DNA of 64,000 nt from an uncultured virus (IMG/VR IMGVR_UViG_3300044998_000523). Lineage: Duplodnaviria; Heunggongvirae; Uroviricota; Caudoviricetes. The stretch is taken from the IMG/VR virus record IMGVR_UViG_3300044998_000523. The stretch is one strand, 5' to 3'. This document shows, in pieces, positions 1-8,877 of the stretch. The first letter of the stretch is position 1, and the number at the start of each line of letters is the position of its first letter. The position numbers and the translations under genes were made by a program. A model generated the notes under the pieces. That model searched no databases. It saw only the letters and a list, made by a program, of their open reading frames with translations, and was not told the origin of the DNA.

Positions 1-267
1 ATCAACGAGCTTCATGTTAATCTGCTGGGAAAGATCTTTTTAGCCGGCGTCGCCGCCTGGTTGGTCGGCAAAGCCACCAATCTAAAGATCCGAGGCAGCA
101 AGCAGGAGATCGATGCCGTTTCTAACGCTCTGCTCTCTTCTCGTAGATTTCAAGAAGAGATTAGCAAACCCGGGGCGACTGTTCAGTCTGTCATGCAGAA
201 GCTGGGAATGAAGCAGTTGTCGGCTAAAGAGTTCGAGAGAGTGTTGGGCGTTCCGTTCCCATACTAA
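1..267 (+). CDS. hypothetical phage protein, 5'-partial
   Basis: Frame 1 is open from base 1 (INELHVNLLGKIFLAGVAAWLVGK...) to TAA at 267. Confidence 0.6.
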   Translation: MNELHVNLLGKIFLAGVAAWLVGKATNLKIRGSKQEIDAVSNALLSSRRFQEEISKPGATVQSVMQKLGMKQLSAKEFERVLGVPFPY

Positions 268-276
268 TACTTAGTT

Positions 277-1089
277 GTGCTTCTTAGAATAGATCTGACA
301 CCATCCCGTCGGAAAACATATCCAAAAAAGAATAGTCATCTTTAAGTGCGATCATTGTTTGATTGAATTTCGTAAGGTAAATCCGCGAAATGAGATGAAA
401 CGAGATTTGCACTTTTGTTGTGTTATCTGCTTAAATAATTCTCAAAAATTTGGCGGAAAGATCGATCAGAAAAAAAGAATTTTCTTCGAAAAAAGTATGG
501 AGTCGACAATCCGCTTAAATCGATCGATTTTATAAAGAAACTCAAACAAACGTGCATCGAAAAATACGGAGTAGAAGTTTCTTCAAAAATGACGCCGTCA
601 AACAAAATGAAAGAAACAATGCTCGCTCGATATAATGTCGAGGCATTTTCAATGGGGAGTTGATCATAACATGAAAGTTCCCGAAATTTGGAAGAAAAAT
701 CACGAATCAAGAAAGAAATGGTACATTCGCCAAATCAAAAATAGAAATCCGTTTTATTCAAGATCTTCGACGTCTCTTTGATCAAGTCGAAGAACAAGTT
801 ATCGTAAATTCGAATAGTGGTATATGGGTGATAGATGCATTTATTCGAGATTTAAATCTGTATGTGCAATTTGATGGTGTGTATTGGCATGGTCTTGATC
901 GTCCCATTGATTTGATTATTTCATCTAAGAAAAAAACAAGATGCCAGTATCTATCGACCCTGCATTCGAGACAGAACACTAGATAATTGGTTTAAAGATC
1001 AAAAACTGAGCTTAATTCGTGTTACAGATCAGCAGCATAAGACAATGACACTTGAAAATTTGAATGCATTGATACGTAGTAAGCAGTAA
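277..1089 (+). pseudogene. frameshifted free-standing homing endonuclease (Vsr/DUF559-like PD-(D/E)XK)
   Basis: AT-rich island. Manual translation across frames gives FKCDHC, KYGVDNPL/EKYGV repeats and YVQFDGVYWHGLDRP, a paralog of 45094-45971. Several frameshifts. Confidence 0.75.
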
Positions 1090-1093
1090 GTCG

Positions 1094-4000
1094 ATGGCTG
1101 ATAATCTCAAGCTACAGCAGGATATTAACAAGGCTATAGCCGAACGAAACAAGATGCTGGCGGAAGGCGAAGCCGCCATCCAGCGTCAGGCTAAGCTTTA
1201 TGCCACCTTGCTCGACGTCATGGCGGGCAAAAAAGGCTCCGAAGCCATCGATCAGATGATTCAGAAGATGGAGTCTGCCAAGACATCCATGCAGCAGATG
1301 GCCCAGGGTGCGCAAGAGGCCACAGAAAAGACGTCCAAGTCTTTCAACGTCACTGAAAAAGATATCGATCGACTTTTCGGATCCAGCAAGAGTCTATCGG
1401 CTCATATGTCTTCGAAATTTCCGAAGGCGTTCGTCGTCGCCGCGGCCGCTGTCTCAGGATTCAAGCAGGGCATCCAAAATGTCCTCGCTGTCGGCAAATC
1501 GATGTTGAGTCTGACTGAAGGTGTGGTCGGCGGTCTGGTAAACATCACCAAGTCGATCCTTTCCATACCCTTCAAGATTTTTGACGGATTGATCGAAAAG
1601 GCTCAAGCCGGCGGAGGAGGCAACGAACTGGCTCAGGCTTTCGAGGACGTCCGCAAGGAGTTTGGATCCTTCAAACAGGATGTTGCCAAGAACGTCATCG
1701 AATCAGCTCGCTCTATGAAGGGTGAGCTGAGCAATACGGGCCTGTCTGTCTGGAAAGTCTTCGGCAATTTGGCTGAACGTCTTAAGTACGTGGCTGAATT
1801 GGCCAAAGGCATGGGAGCCACCTTCCACACTCTGGGCACGGAGATCGCGAAGAACGCAGAAAATATCGGAGCCTATCAGAAGGGCCTCGGTCTGTCGGCC
1901 GAAGAGATGGGTGGCATCGGTGAGCGCGCCATGGCGATGGGCACGACGCTGACGGATCAGCTGCAGGATATCGCCAATATGTCCCTGCAAATGGGCGACG
2001 CCTTTGGTCTGTCCGCAAAAATGATTTCTCGAGACGTTGGCAAAATGATAAAGGACGTCAAGAACTTCGGTTCTTTGACCGTCAAGGAGATGACCGAGGC
2101 GGTCGTCTATACTAAGAAACTCGGTATCGAAGTCAACAAGCTGCTGGGTCTGATCGATAAGTTCGACACTTTTGAAGGTGCTGCCGAATCGGCAGCTAAG
2201 CTATCTCAGGCTTTTGGAGTCAACGTCAACGCCTTCGAAATGATGAAGGAGCAGGATCCTGCCAAGCGGTTGGCCGAGCTGAAGAAGCAGTTCGAACTCG
2301 CCGGAAAGTCTGCTGATAACCTGTCGAGACAGGAACTCAAACTTATTTCTGACGCTACCGGTCTAGATGAGGCCACCGCCAAACTGGCCCTGTCTTCGAA
2401 GAATCAAGGCGTCAGCATGGATGACGTCAAGAAGAAGTCGGACGCCGCTCAGAAGAAGCAGCTGACCCAGGCTGAGACGATGGAGAAGTTGGCGGATGCC
2501 ATCGAACGTCTCGTTCAATCGGGTGGTCCCCAAGGCATTAAGGGATTTTTTGACGCCTTCCTCAAAGGAGTCGGCGCCGGAATAACCTCGTCTAAAGAGT
2601 TCATGACGCTGATGTATACTATCCGTCAGGCCCTCAGGGAGACTTTCCGAATTGGAGTTGATTTGGGACGCTGGCTCGTCGCTAATTTTCCGGGTGTGTT
2701 GAAGATCTTTACTAGCTTGACAAACATCATCAAGAAAGTGCCCGAGTTCTTCACGACGTTGAGCGTTCAGATCAAAAAGTTTGTCAGCGGAGATATCTCT
2801 CTAGAGGAGTTCTTCACAAACATGAAGGATGCTGCTAAAAAGTTCCTCGGAGGAACTAGCGGCCCCGGCGCGACCCTTCTCAAAGGTTTCAAAGAGACGT
2901 TTACCAAGTTGGCCAAGATAGTGGCCGAAGGCATCAAATTCGTCATTCCCAAACTAACAGAAGGTCTCAAGCGGATGACGAAATTCCTCACCGACTTTAT
3001 GGAGGATCCCAGCAAGTTTTTTGCTGCTGCTGGTTCGGGAGCCAAAGCTGGTGGTGGAATCATGATGGAGATCCTGGATCCGATCATCAAAGCCGTCAAT
3101 GATCCCGTCATGTGGAAAGATTTATGGGAAGCTTTTAAGGGATTCGCTAGCAAGTTTTGGGAATTCCTCAAAGAGGAAGCCATCAAGCCCATGCTTAAAG
3201 CTATTCCTGGTAGCTGGTGGGTGAGTATTGCCGCGATCTTCTTCGGTCCGGCAGTAGGAAAAGCTTTCCTCGGCACGGGCGTCAATTTGCTTGGCGGAAT
3301 TCTGAAGGATACGTTTATGGGTGCTGCCAAATCAGCAACGTCCATTGCTGGTACCGCTGCCAAGGCCGCTTCGGGATCGGGAGGTATGCTGACGTCTTTC
3401 CTTGGTCCGCTGCTGGGTAATCCTTATGTCGCCGCGACCGCTGCAATTGCGGCCCTGGGCGTCGTCGGCACGGGCATGAGCAAGGGAGTCGAAAAATTCG
3501 AAAAGCAAGTCACAGAAAAACTGGGAGGCGATAAGGGAGCCGGCAAGATCGGATCTGCTTTTGCGGGCATCATTCAGATGTTCTCCTTCGGCGCTATCAA
3601 TGATAAAGCGGCCGGCGACATGGCTGAGAACATCGGAGAGTTCAGCCAGAAATTCGACAAGCAGATCGAAAAGATGTTTGGTAAGGATTTCGCCAAAGAC
3701 TTGAAGAACGTAGTGATGGGTGAGATCGATACTCTCATTGACATCGGTGATTTCTTCCGCAGCCTCTTTGGCGGCGATTTTGTGGGAGCGGGCAAGGCTC
3801 TGGGCAATCTGCTCGTCGATCTAGTCAAGCAATCTCTGAGTCAGATGAAATTCGTTTTCTTGACTCTACCCGAGAAGATCGTCGACTGGCTCTCTGATGG
3901 AGTCGATGCCCTAACTAAGTGGCTCGACGGCCTCTTCCAGGAGGGCGGAGATATTTCTGTCATTGACACCCTAAAGAATGGCTTCGAAAATCTAGTCGAA

Positions 4001-5269
4001 AAATTCGGACCCATTCTGAGTGATATTCCGAGTCGTCTGATTTCGTTGCTACTGACTAAGATTCCAGCTGTCTTAATCAAGTTGCAAACGTCTATCGCGG
4101 GACTCATATCTCGCATGATTGCATCTCTGCTCGATTCTCTAGAGCAGAGCCTGCATAAGCATTTCGGATCGTTCGGCGACAGCATCAACAAGTATCTCAT
4201 TCATCCTTTTACAGCGGCGTTCAAGGAATTGGGTAATCTCATTCCGTATGCTGGCAAGTATATCGCCAATGCTCTCGACAACCTCGGTAAGCTGATCAAG
4301 TCGGGCGGCAAAGAGGGTAGTTTGTCGAATGCCTTTCCGGATCCGACCAAGGGATACGCTGATTACAAAGAAAAAGTGAAGGCCGCCGCCGCCGTCGCCA
4401 AGACCGACAACGAAAAAGCAATTGCTGCGGCTCAACCTGATCCTGCGAAAGCGGCGGATTCCACCGCTGCGGTGGAAGGTAAAAAGCCCGAATTGTCGGG
4501 ATTCCTTCGCACTGCCTCCTCGACTCTAGAAGGTGTCAAGAATCTCAAGGAAAGCCTGGCCAAAGTCAAGCCCGAAGAGGTGAAAAAACTCAAGGACTCT
4601 TTCGAACAAACGATCAAGACGTTTTCGGACGATGCTGCTCTTGCTAAGAACGTCGAAAAAGTGACGCAGATTAGCGAAGCTTTTGCGGCACTCAATGTCA
4701 TCGCTAAATCCGCTAAAGAATTGTCCGCCAACGTCACCGCTGGACCGCAGACGGCTCAACTAGCTACGTCTATCACGGCTTTGACCCAACTAGCCGTGCA
4801 AGCCTCGCAACATATCGGAGAGTTGCCCCCGATAGCCGAAGCAGACATCGTCAAACTCAATTCGAACAAGGCGATGCTCGGAGAGTTGGCTGATATTCAG
4901 AACGTTGCCAAGGATCTAGTCAAGGCTGTGCAAACGGGCGGCATCGAAAAATCGTTCAAAGCCGTTAGCGATCTCGTCAAGAGTGCTTCGAAACTGAATA
5001 CCGAGCTCGAAAAGATGGTCGCCAAGCCGATGGAGATCAAGGCTCGGTTGCAGGAGCTCGCTACGAAGCTTGGTCTAGGTGCGCAGCAAACATATCAGAT
5101 CAAGAACAACGGAATCGAAATCAAGCTCAATCTGCAAGTTACAATGGATGCAGGAAAGGTCGAGGAAGTCATCGTTCGCCGCAGTGATTCTAAGATTCGC
5201 AAGGCGTTCGGAGACACCGGTCTAAAGGACACTCAGTCCCTCAATAGTCACCTCGGAACTCCGTACTGA
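1094..5269 (+). CDS. tail tape measure protein
   Basis: 1391 aa, Ala/Gly/Lys-rich, helical, with hydrophobic central segments; directly upstream of baseplate-like genes. Confidence 0.8.
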   Translation: MADNLKLQQDINKAIAERNKMLAEGEAAIQRQAKLYATLLDVMAGKKGSEAIDQMIQKMESAKTSMQQMAQGAQEATEKTSKSFNVTEKDIDRLFGSSKSLSAHMSSKFPKAFVVAAAAVSGFKQGIQNVLAVGKSMLSLTEGVVGGLVNITKSILSIPFKIFDGLIEKAQAGGGGNELAQAFEDVRKEFGSFKQDVAKNVIESARSMKGELSNTGLSVWKVFGNLAERLKYVAELAKGMGATFHTLGTEIAKNAENIGAYQKGLGLSAEEMGGIGERAMAMGTTLTDQLQDIANMSLQMGDAFGLSAKMISRDVGKMIKDVKNFGSLTVKEMTEAVVYTKKLGIEVNKLLGLIDKFDTFEGAAESAAKLSQAFGVNVNAFEMMKEQDPAKRLAELKKQFELAGKSADNLSRQELKLISDATGLDEATAKLALSSKNQGVSMDDVKKKSDAAQKKQLTQAETMEKLADAIERLVQSGGPQGIKGFFDAFLKGVGAGITSSKEFMTLMYTIRQALRETFRIGVDLGRWLVANFPGVLKIFTSLTNIIKKVPEFFTTLSVQIKKFVSGDISLEEFFTNMKDAAKKFLGGTSGPGATLLKGFKETFTKLAKIVAEGIKFVIPKLTEGLKRMTKFLTDFMEDPSKFFAAAGSGAKAGGGIMMEILDPIIKAVNDPVMWKDLWEAFKGFASKFWEFLKEEAIKPMLKAIPGSWWVSIAAIFFGPAVGKAFLGTGVNLLGGILKDTFMGAAKSATSIAGTAAKAASGSGGMLTSFLGPLLGNPYVAATAAIAALGVVGTGMSKGVEKFEKQVTEKLGGDKGAGKIGSAFAGIIQMFSFGAINDKAAGDMAENIGEFSQKFDKQIEKMFGKDFAKDLKNVVMGEIDTLIDIGDFFRSLFGGDFVGAGKALGNLLVDLVKQSLSQMKFVFLTLPEKIVDWLSDGVDALTKWLDGLFQEGGDISVIDTLKNGFENLVEKFGPILSDIPSRLISLLLTKIPAVLIKLQTSIAGLISRMIASLLDSLEQSLHKHFGSFGDSINKYLIHPFTAAFKELGNLIPYAGKYIANALDNLGKLIKSGGKEGSLSNAFPDPTKGYADYKEKVKAAAAVAKTDNEKAIAAAQPDPAKAADSTAAVEGKKPELSGFLRTASSTLEGVKNLKESLAKVKPEEVKKLKDSFEQTIKTFSDDAALAKNVEKVTQISEAFAALNVIAKSAKELSANVTAGPQTAQLATSITALTQLAVQASQHIGELPPIAEADIVKLNSNKAMLGELADIQNVAKDLVKAVQTGGIEKSFKAVSDLVKSASKLNTELEKMVAKPMEIKARLQELATKLGLGAQQTYQIKNNGIEIKLNLQVTMDAGKVEEVIVRRSDSKIRKAFGDTGLKDTQSLNSHLGTPY

Positions 5270-5499
5270 TGGATGATTACAGAAAAAAGATCATCGACGG
5301 TGTATTGAATCACCCGATGTATAAAGCGGTTTCGAAGGATCTGCCCGACGATCAGAGAAAAAAGATAGAAGAGATACTCGGAGGGTACGTCGATCAGTTT
5401 TCGATGAATTTGATTCGAACCTTCTCGTCGGCCGCAAGAGCACAATCAAAACAGCTTGAGATCCCGTCCGGTTCCGTAATTACTAAGGAAAATGGCTGA
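5269..5499 (+). CDS. hypothetical protein
   Basis: 76-aa ORF coupled (TGATG) to the tape measure gene and overlapping the next start. Confidence 0.6.
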   Translation: MDDYRKKIIDGVLNHPMYKAVSKDLPDDQRKKIEEILGGYVDQFSMNLIRTFSSAARAQSKQLEIPSGSVITKENG

Positions 5500-8400
5500 G
5501 GATCCTAAGAAGCTAGCCCAAGAGATTAAGCAGGGAGGATATGACGTTGGCGTCATCAATCCTAACTCGCAGGGCGGTGCTTCGCCCCCGACCCACAACG
5601 GTCCCAATGACGGAATCAAAGAAGGGGATGATCTTAGCAAGAAGACTCGAATCACTCTTGGACGATATCTCGGAGCCACGACTCGAACGAATTACATACC
5701 CATCGCTGAGAATCAGACGAATGAAAATAACGAATCTCGTCTGACGACTGTGACAGGCAAACCGGCTCCACTCGATCAAAATCCTAACGGCGGTGTTCGT
5801 TACGCCGAGCCAAAGGATATCAAAGCGACGTCGGAAGCTTACGATACTCCCGATGCGGGTCCATCCGACAATACGACTTCTCTTTCTGTCGCCCTGAGAA
5901 AGGGAAAGAGGGATGGCGGAGAATTCGACGGCAACAATCTGCTGAGAACAGGAGTGCCTGCTGTTCGAGATCGCTATACTAGCGCTGTTCTCAAATCTAA
6001 TCGATTCAATGTCAGCACGAAATATCGAGATGACCTCAGAAACCCCGATGACATTCCTCGGGACTTAGCTTATTACAGCCGCACGAGAGTGCCTGACACT
6101 GAAAGAGTAGACGGCAAGCCCGGCACCAAGTCTATTTCTCCGCAGCAGATGGCAAATGTCAGCAAGGTTCTCATGCTCAGAGCCACGGGAGAGATCGACT
6201 CAAATAGTCGAGATTTCAATCCTGACGGTAACATTGGAGCTCTTCTACCCGGAGCGTCTCAGATCTTGCCGGCGCAGATCATTAATTCTCGAGATCTCGA
6301 AGCTCGAGATGTTTTGGAATCGATGATCAATGAAGAGATCGGATCCCATGCTCCAGGCCCTGATACGAGCTCGTGGGGAGCTCTGAATAATCAACTCGAA
6401 CCGTTTACGGGTATCTTACCGGCAGGAATGGTCGCGCTTTGCGTCGCCCTCATTTTGGCGACTCAATTGGCTTTTGAAATCTTGTCTCTAGTGATGGGGC
6501 TAGTGCCCGACAAAGCAAGATTTGCTGTCGATGGAAAGGGCATCGGGAAAAAGGGTCAATTCAGGTTTGTGGGAGGAGAAAGCAAGGGTCTTTTTGGCAG
6601 CGGGCTTTCTCTTGGAGGAGCCACCGATATTCAGTCATTGCTAGGTCTCAGAGATACTCAGTATCCTTATAACGATTGCTTTAAAGAAGGCATGGATATC
6701 TTCTTTGGCAAACCACCTGAAGGCGGAGGATTAATCGGAAATGTCGTCAATGCGGCGGGAAATTCTTTCAAAAAAGCGCTCGAATCTCCTGGCTTCTATA
6801 TCATCTTCTGTCGTTCTATTATTCGGTCTGGATACGGTATCGGAAAAAAGTTGAGTGAACTAGGATCCAATCCGCTGACGATTTCTCAAGGAATATTCAA
6901 CATCATTGAAGATTTGCGTAGTTCTAAAATCATCGCAGCTTTTAATATGTTTGCCGGGCTTGGAGATGCCTCGTTCAGACAAACATATACTAACGATCAG
7001 GCACTCAACCAGGATGCGATTCCCAATGAAGCTTCTGCCGTCTACAAGAGTCGACTAAAAGACAGTCGAGCCTTAGCGTGGAGGCAAGCTTCCGCCGCGT
7101 CTCTTTATATTCTGCCGGCATCTCTTTCATATCAGACGAATATTGCTCGAGCGACAGGCAATAAAGTCGTCGAACATTGGGATCCGTTGTCAACAGATAT
7201 TGAGAGTGTGCCAGGTCGTAGCACCAATGTCTACTATGCTAAGCCCGGTAAACACAGAATTCCTGCTGATGTTGTTCAGAAATTTGAAAAGGCGCTCGAC
7301 GCTGAGTACGTCCCGTTCTATTTTCACGATATGAGGACAAACGAAATAATCCAATTCAGAGCATTTTTGACGACTCTGACTGAGGATTATACTCCCAACT
7401 GGGAAAGCGTCGAAGCTTATGGTAGGGTCGATCCCATTCGAATCTACAAGAACACTGCTCGTCGAATCAATCTTTCATTTAGAGTCGTATCTTTGGATGC
7501 TCAAGATTTTGACAACATGTGGTTCAAGATAAACAAGCTGGTGACGCTTGTTTATCCGCAATGGAGTCGAGGTAAGAGAGTGACTACGGCTGATGGAAAG
7601 CTAGAATTTTCTCAGCCATTTTCTCAGCTAATATCTTCATCCCCTTTGGTCAGACTTAGAGTTGGTGATCTAGTTCGCTCGAATTATTCTAAGTTTGCTG
7701 TTTCCAGAATATTTGATTTGGGCTCTGAAGGCGAATTGCAGCAAGCCATTCAACAAAGCTTGTCGGAAGATCTCTCTCGCTTGCAGCAATATATCAATCA
7801 GTTCACACTTACTCAAGGAGATTTTAGCGGAGAAATTGTTGATGAGATTCAGAAAGCCATGGATTCTAGGACGATTCAAATGTCCATTCGAGGAAATACG
7901 CTTGTAGTCGTCGATCCTCCGGGGCCGGAGGCTGAATCTCCAGGAGCCGCAATTGCAGGAGCGCTTGCGGCTTTGACTGGTAAGGACAAGAAAAAGTCTA
8001 GACCCGTTCCGTTAAACAAGTCAGTCAAGGTCAAAAGAATTATTTCTGCTTCAGAAGCTGGTCTCGTTTTGGAACTCGATGATAAAGAATTGGCCGCTGC
8101 CAAGACTAATCGAATAGCCGTAGCGTACGGTCCTCATCTGCTTGTCGAATTTGCTCCCGGCATAGAAAAACTCCGTCGTTCAACGGCTTCGCCCGATGGA
8201 GCGGGTGATTTTTTGAATCCCGAGACCAATCCGATCATCAAATATTTCGAGAATAATATAGGCAAAGGCCTGGCAGGCACGATCGATTCTCTCAACTTTG
8301 CTTGGCTTGAGGAAAATACTTGGAACGTACACGATCCCGGATCTCAGGCTCCTAAATCGTGTACCATTACTCTTTCCTTCACGGTCATCCATGATATCGC

Positions 8401-8575
8401 TCCTGGAATTGATTATGCTGGATTCAACAGAGCTCCTATATATCGTGTCGGTAAGCAAGTTGAAGCAATTACTCATATGGGTGAAAACGATGATGTCAAG
8501 TCCAACCCGACTCAACCTAAACCTGCCGGTAAAGGCGATCCTCTGAGCTCGATTCCGAAGTTGCCCGGATTGTGA
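5492..8575 (+). CDS. baseplate / tail-tube initiator-like structural protein
   Basis: Segment PFYFHD..FRAFLTTLTEDYTPNW..YGRVDPIRIYKNTARRINLSF resembles tube-fold baseplate proteins of large myoviruses; context after tape measure. Confidence 0.6.
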   Translation: MAEDPKKLAQEIKQGGYDVGVINPNSQGGASPPTHNGPNDGIKEGDDLSKKTRITLGRYLGATTRTNYIPIAENQTNENNESRLTTVTGKPAPLDQNPNGGVRYAEPKDIKATSEAYDTPDAGPSDNTTSLSVALRKGKRDGGEFDGNNLLRTGVPAVRDRYTSAVLKSNRFNVSTKYRDDLRNPDDIPRDLAYYSRTRVPDTERVDGKPGTKSISPQQMANVSKVLMLRATGEIDSNSRDFNPDGNIGALLPGASQILPAQIINSRDLEARDVLESMINEEIGSHAPGPDTSSWGALNNQLEPFTGILPAGMVALCVALILATQLAFEILSLVMGLVPDKARFAVDGKGIGKKGQFRFVGGESKGLFGSGLSLGGATDIQSLLGLRDTQYPYNDCFKEGMDIFFGKPPEGGGLIGNVVNAAGNSFKKALESPGFYIIFCRSIIRSGYGIGKKLSELGSNPLTISQGIFNIIEDLRSSKIIAAFNMFAGLGDASFRQTYTNDQALNQDAIPNEASAVYKSRLKDSRALAWRQASAASLYILPASLSYQTNIARATGNKVVEHWDPLSTDIESVPGRSTNVYYAKPGKHRIPADVVQKFEKALDAEYVPFYFHDMRTNEIIQFRAFLTTLTEDYTPNWESVEAYGRVDPIRIYKNTARRINLSFRVVSLDAQDFDNMWFKINKLVTLVYPQWSRGKRVTTADGKLEFSQPFSQLISSSPLVRLRVGDLVRSNYSKFAVSRIFDLGSEGELQQAIQQSLSEDLSRLQQYINQFTLTQGDFSGEIVDEIQKAMDSRTIQMSIRGNTLVVVDPPGPEAESPGAAIAGALAALTGKDKKKSRPVPLNKSVKVKRIISASEAGLVLELDDKELAAAKTNRIAVAYGPHLLVEFAPGIEKLRRSTASPDGAGDFLNPETNPIIKYFENNIGKGLAGTIDSLNFAWLEENTWNVHDPGSQAPKSCTITLSFTVIHDIAPGIDYAGFNRAPIYRVGKQVEAITHMGENDDVKSNPTQPKPAGKGDPLSSIPKLPGL

Positions 8576-8583
8576 GATGAATC

Positions 8584-8877
8584 ATGCCAATTCGCAGATA
8601 TAACACTAGCAACGTAATCGCCCTGGGAACCAAACTCGGTACGGGACAGGCTCATACACTTATCCGGCAGGCCATTGCTAATGGCAACCTGCAGTATACG
8701 ACGGATGTAATCAAGGGTTTCGTTCGTCTTGATTCGATCGCTGGTAAGGTCTATGGAGACAGTACTCTGTGGTGGATTATCGCTGCAGCGAGCGACGTAG
8801 GCTGGGGATTGCAACTACCTCCCGACACCGTCATCAAGATACCTAACTTGCAGCAGGTTGAAGTACTGCTAAGCTGA
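8584..8877 (+). CDS. LysM-like baseplate wedge protein (gpX/gp53-like)
   Basis: RLDSIAGKVYGDSTLWWIIAAA...LPPDTVIKIP signature. Confidence 0.75.
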   Translation: MPIRRYNTSNVIALGTKLGTGQAHTLIRQAIANGNLQYTTDVIKGFVRLDSIAGKVYGDSTLWWIIAAASDVGWGLQLPPDTVIKIPNLQQVEVLLS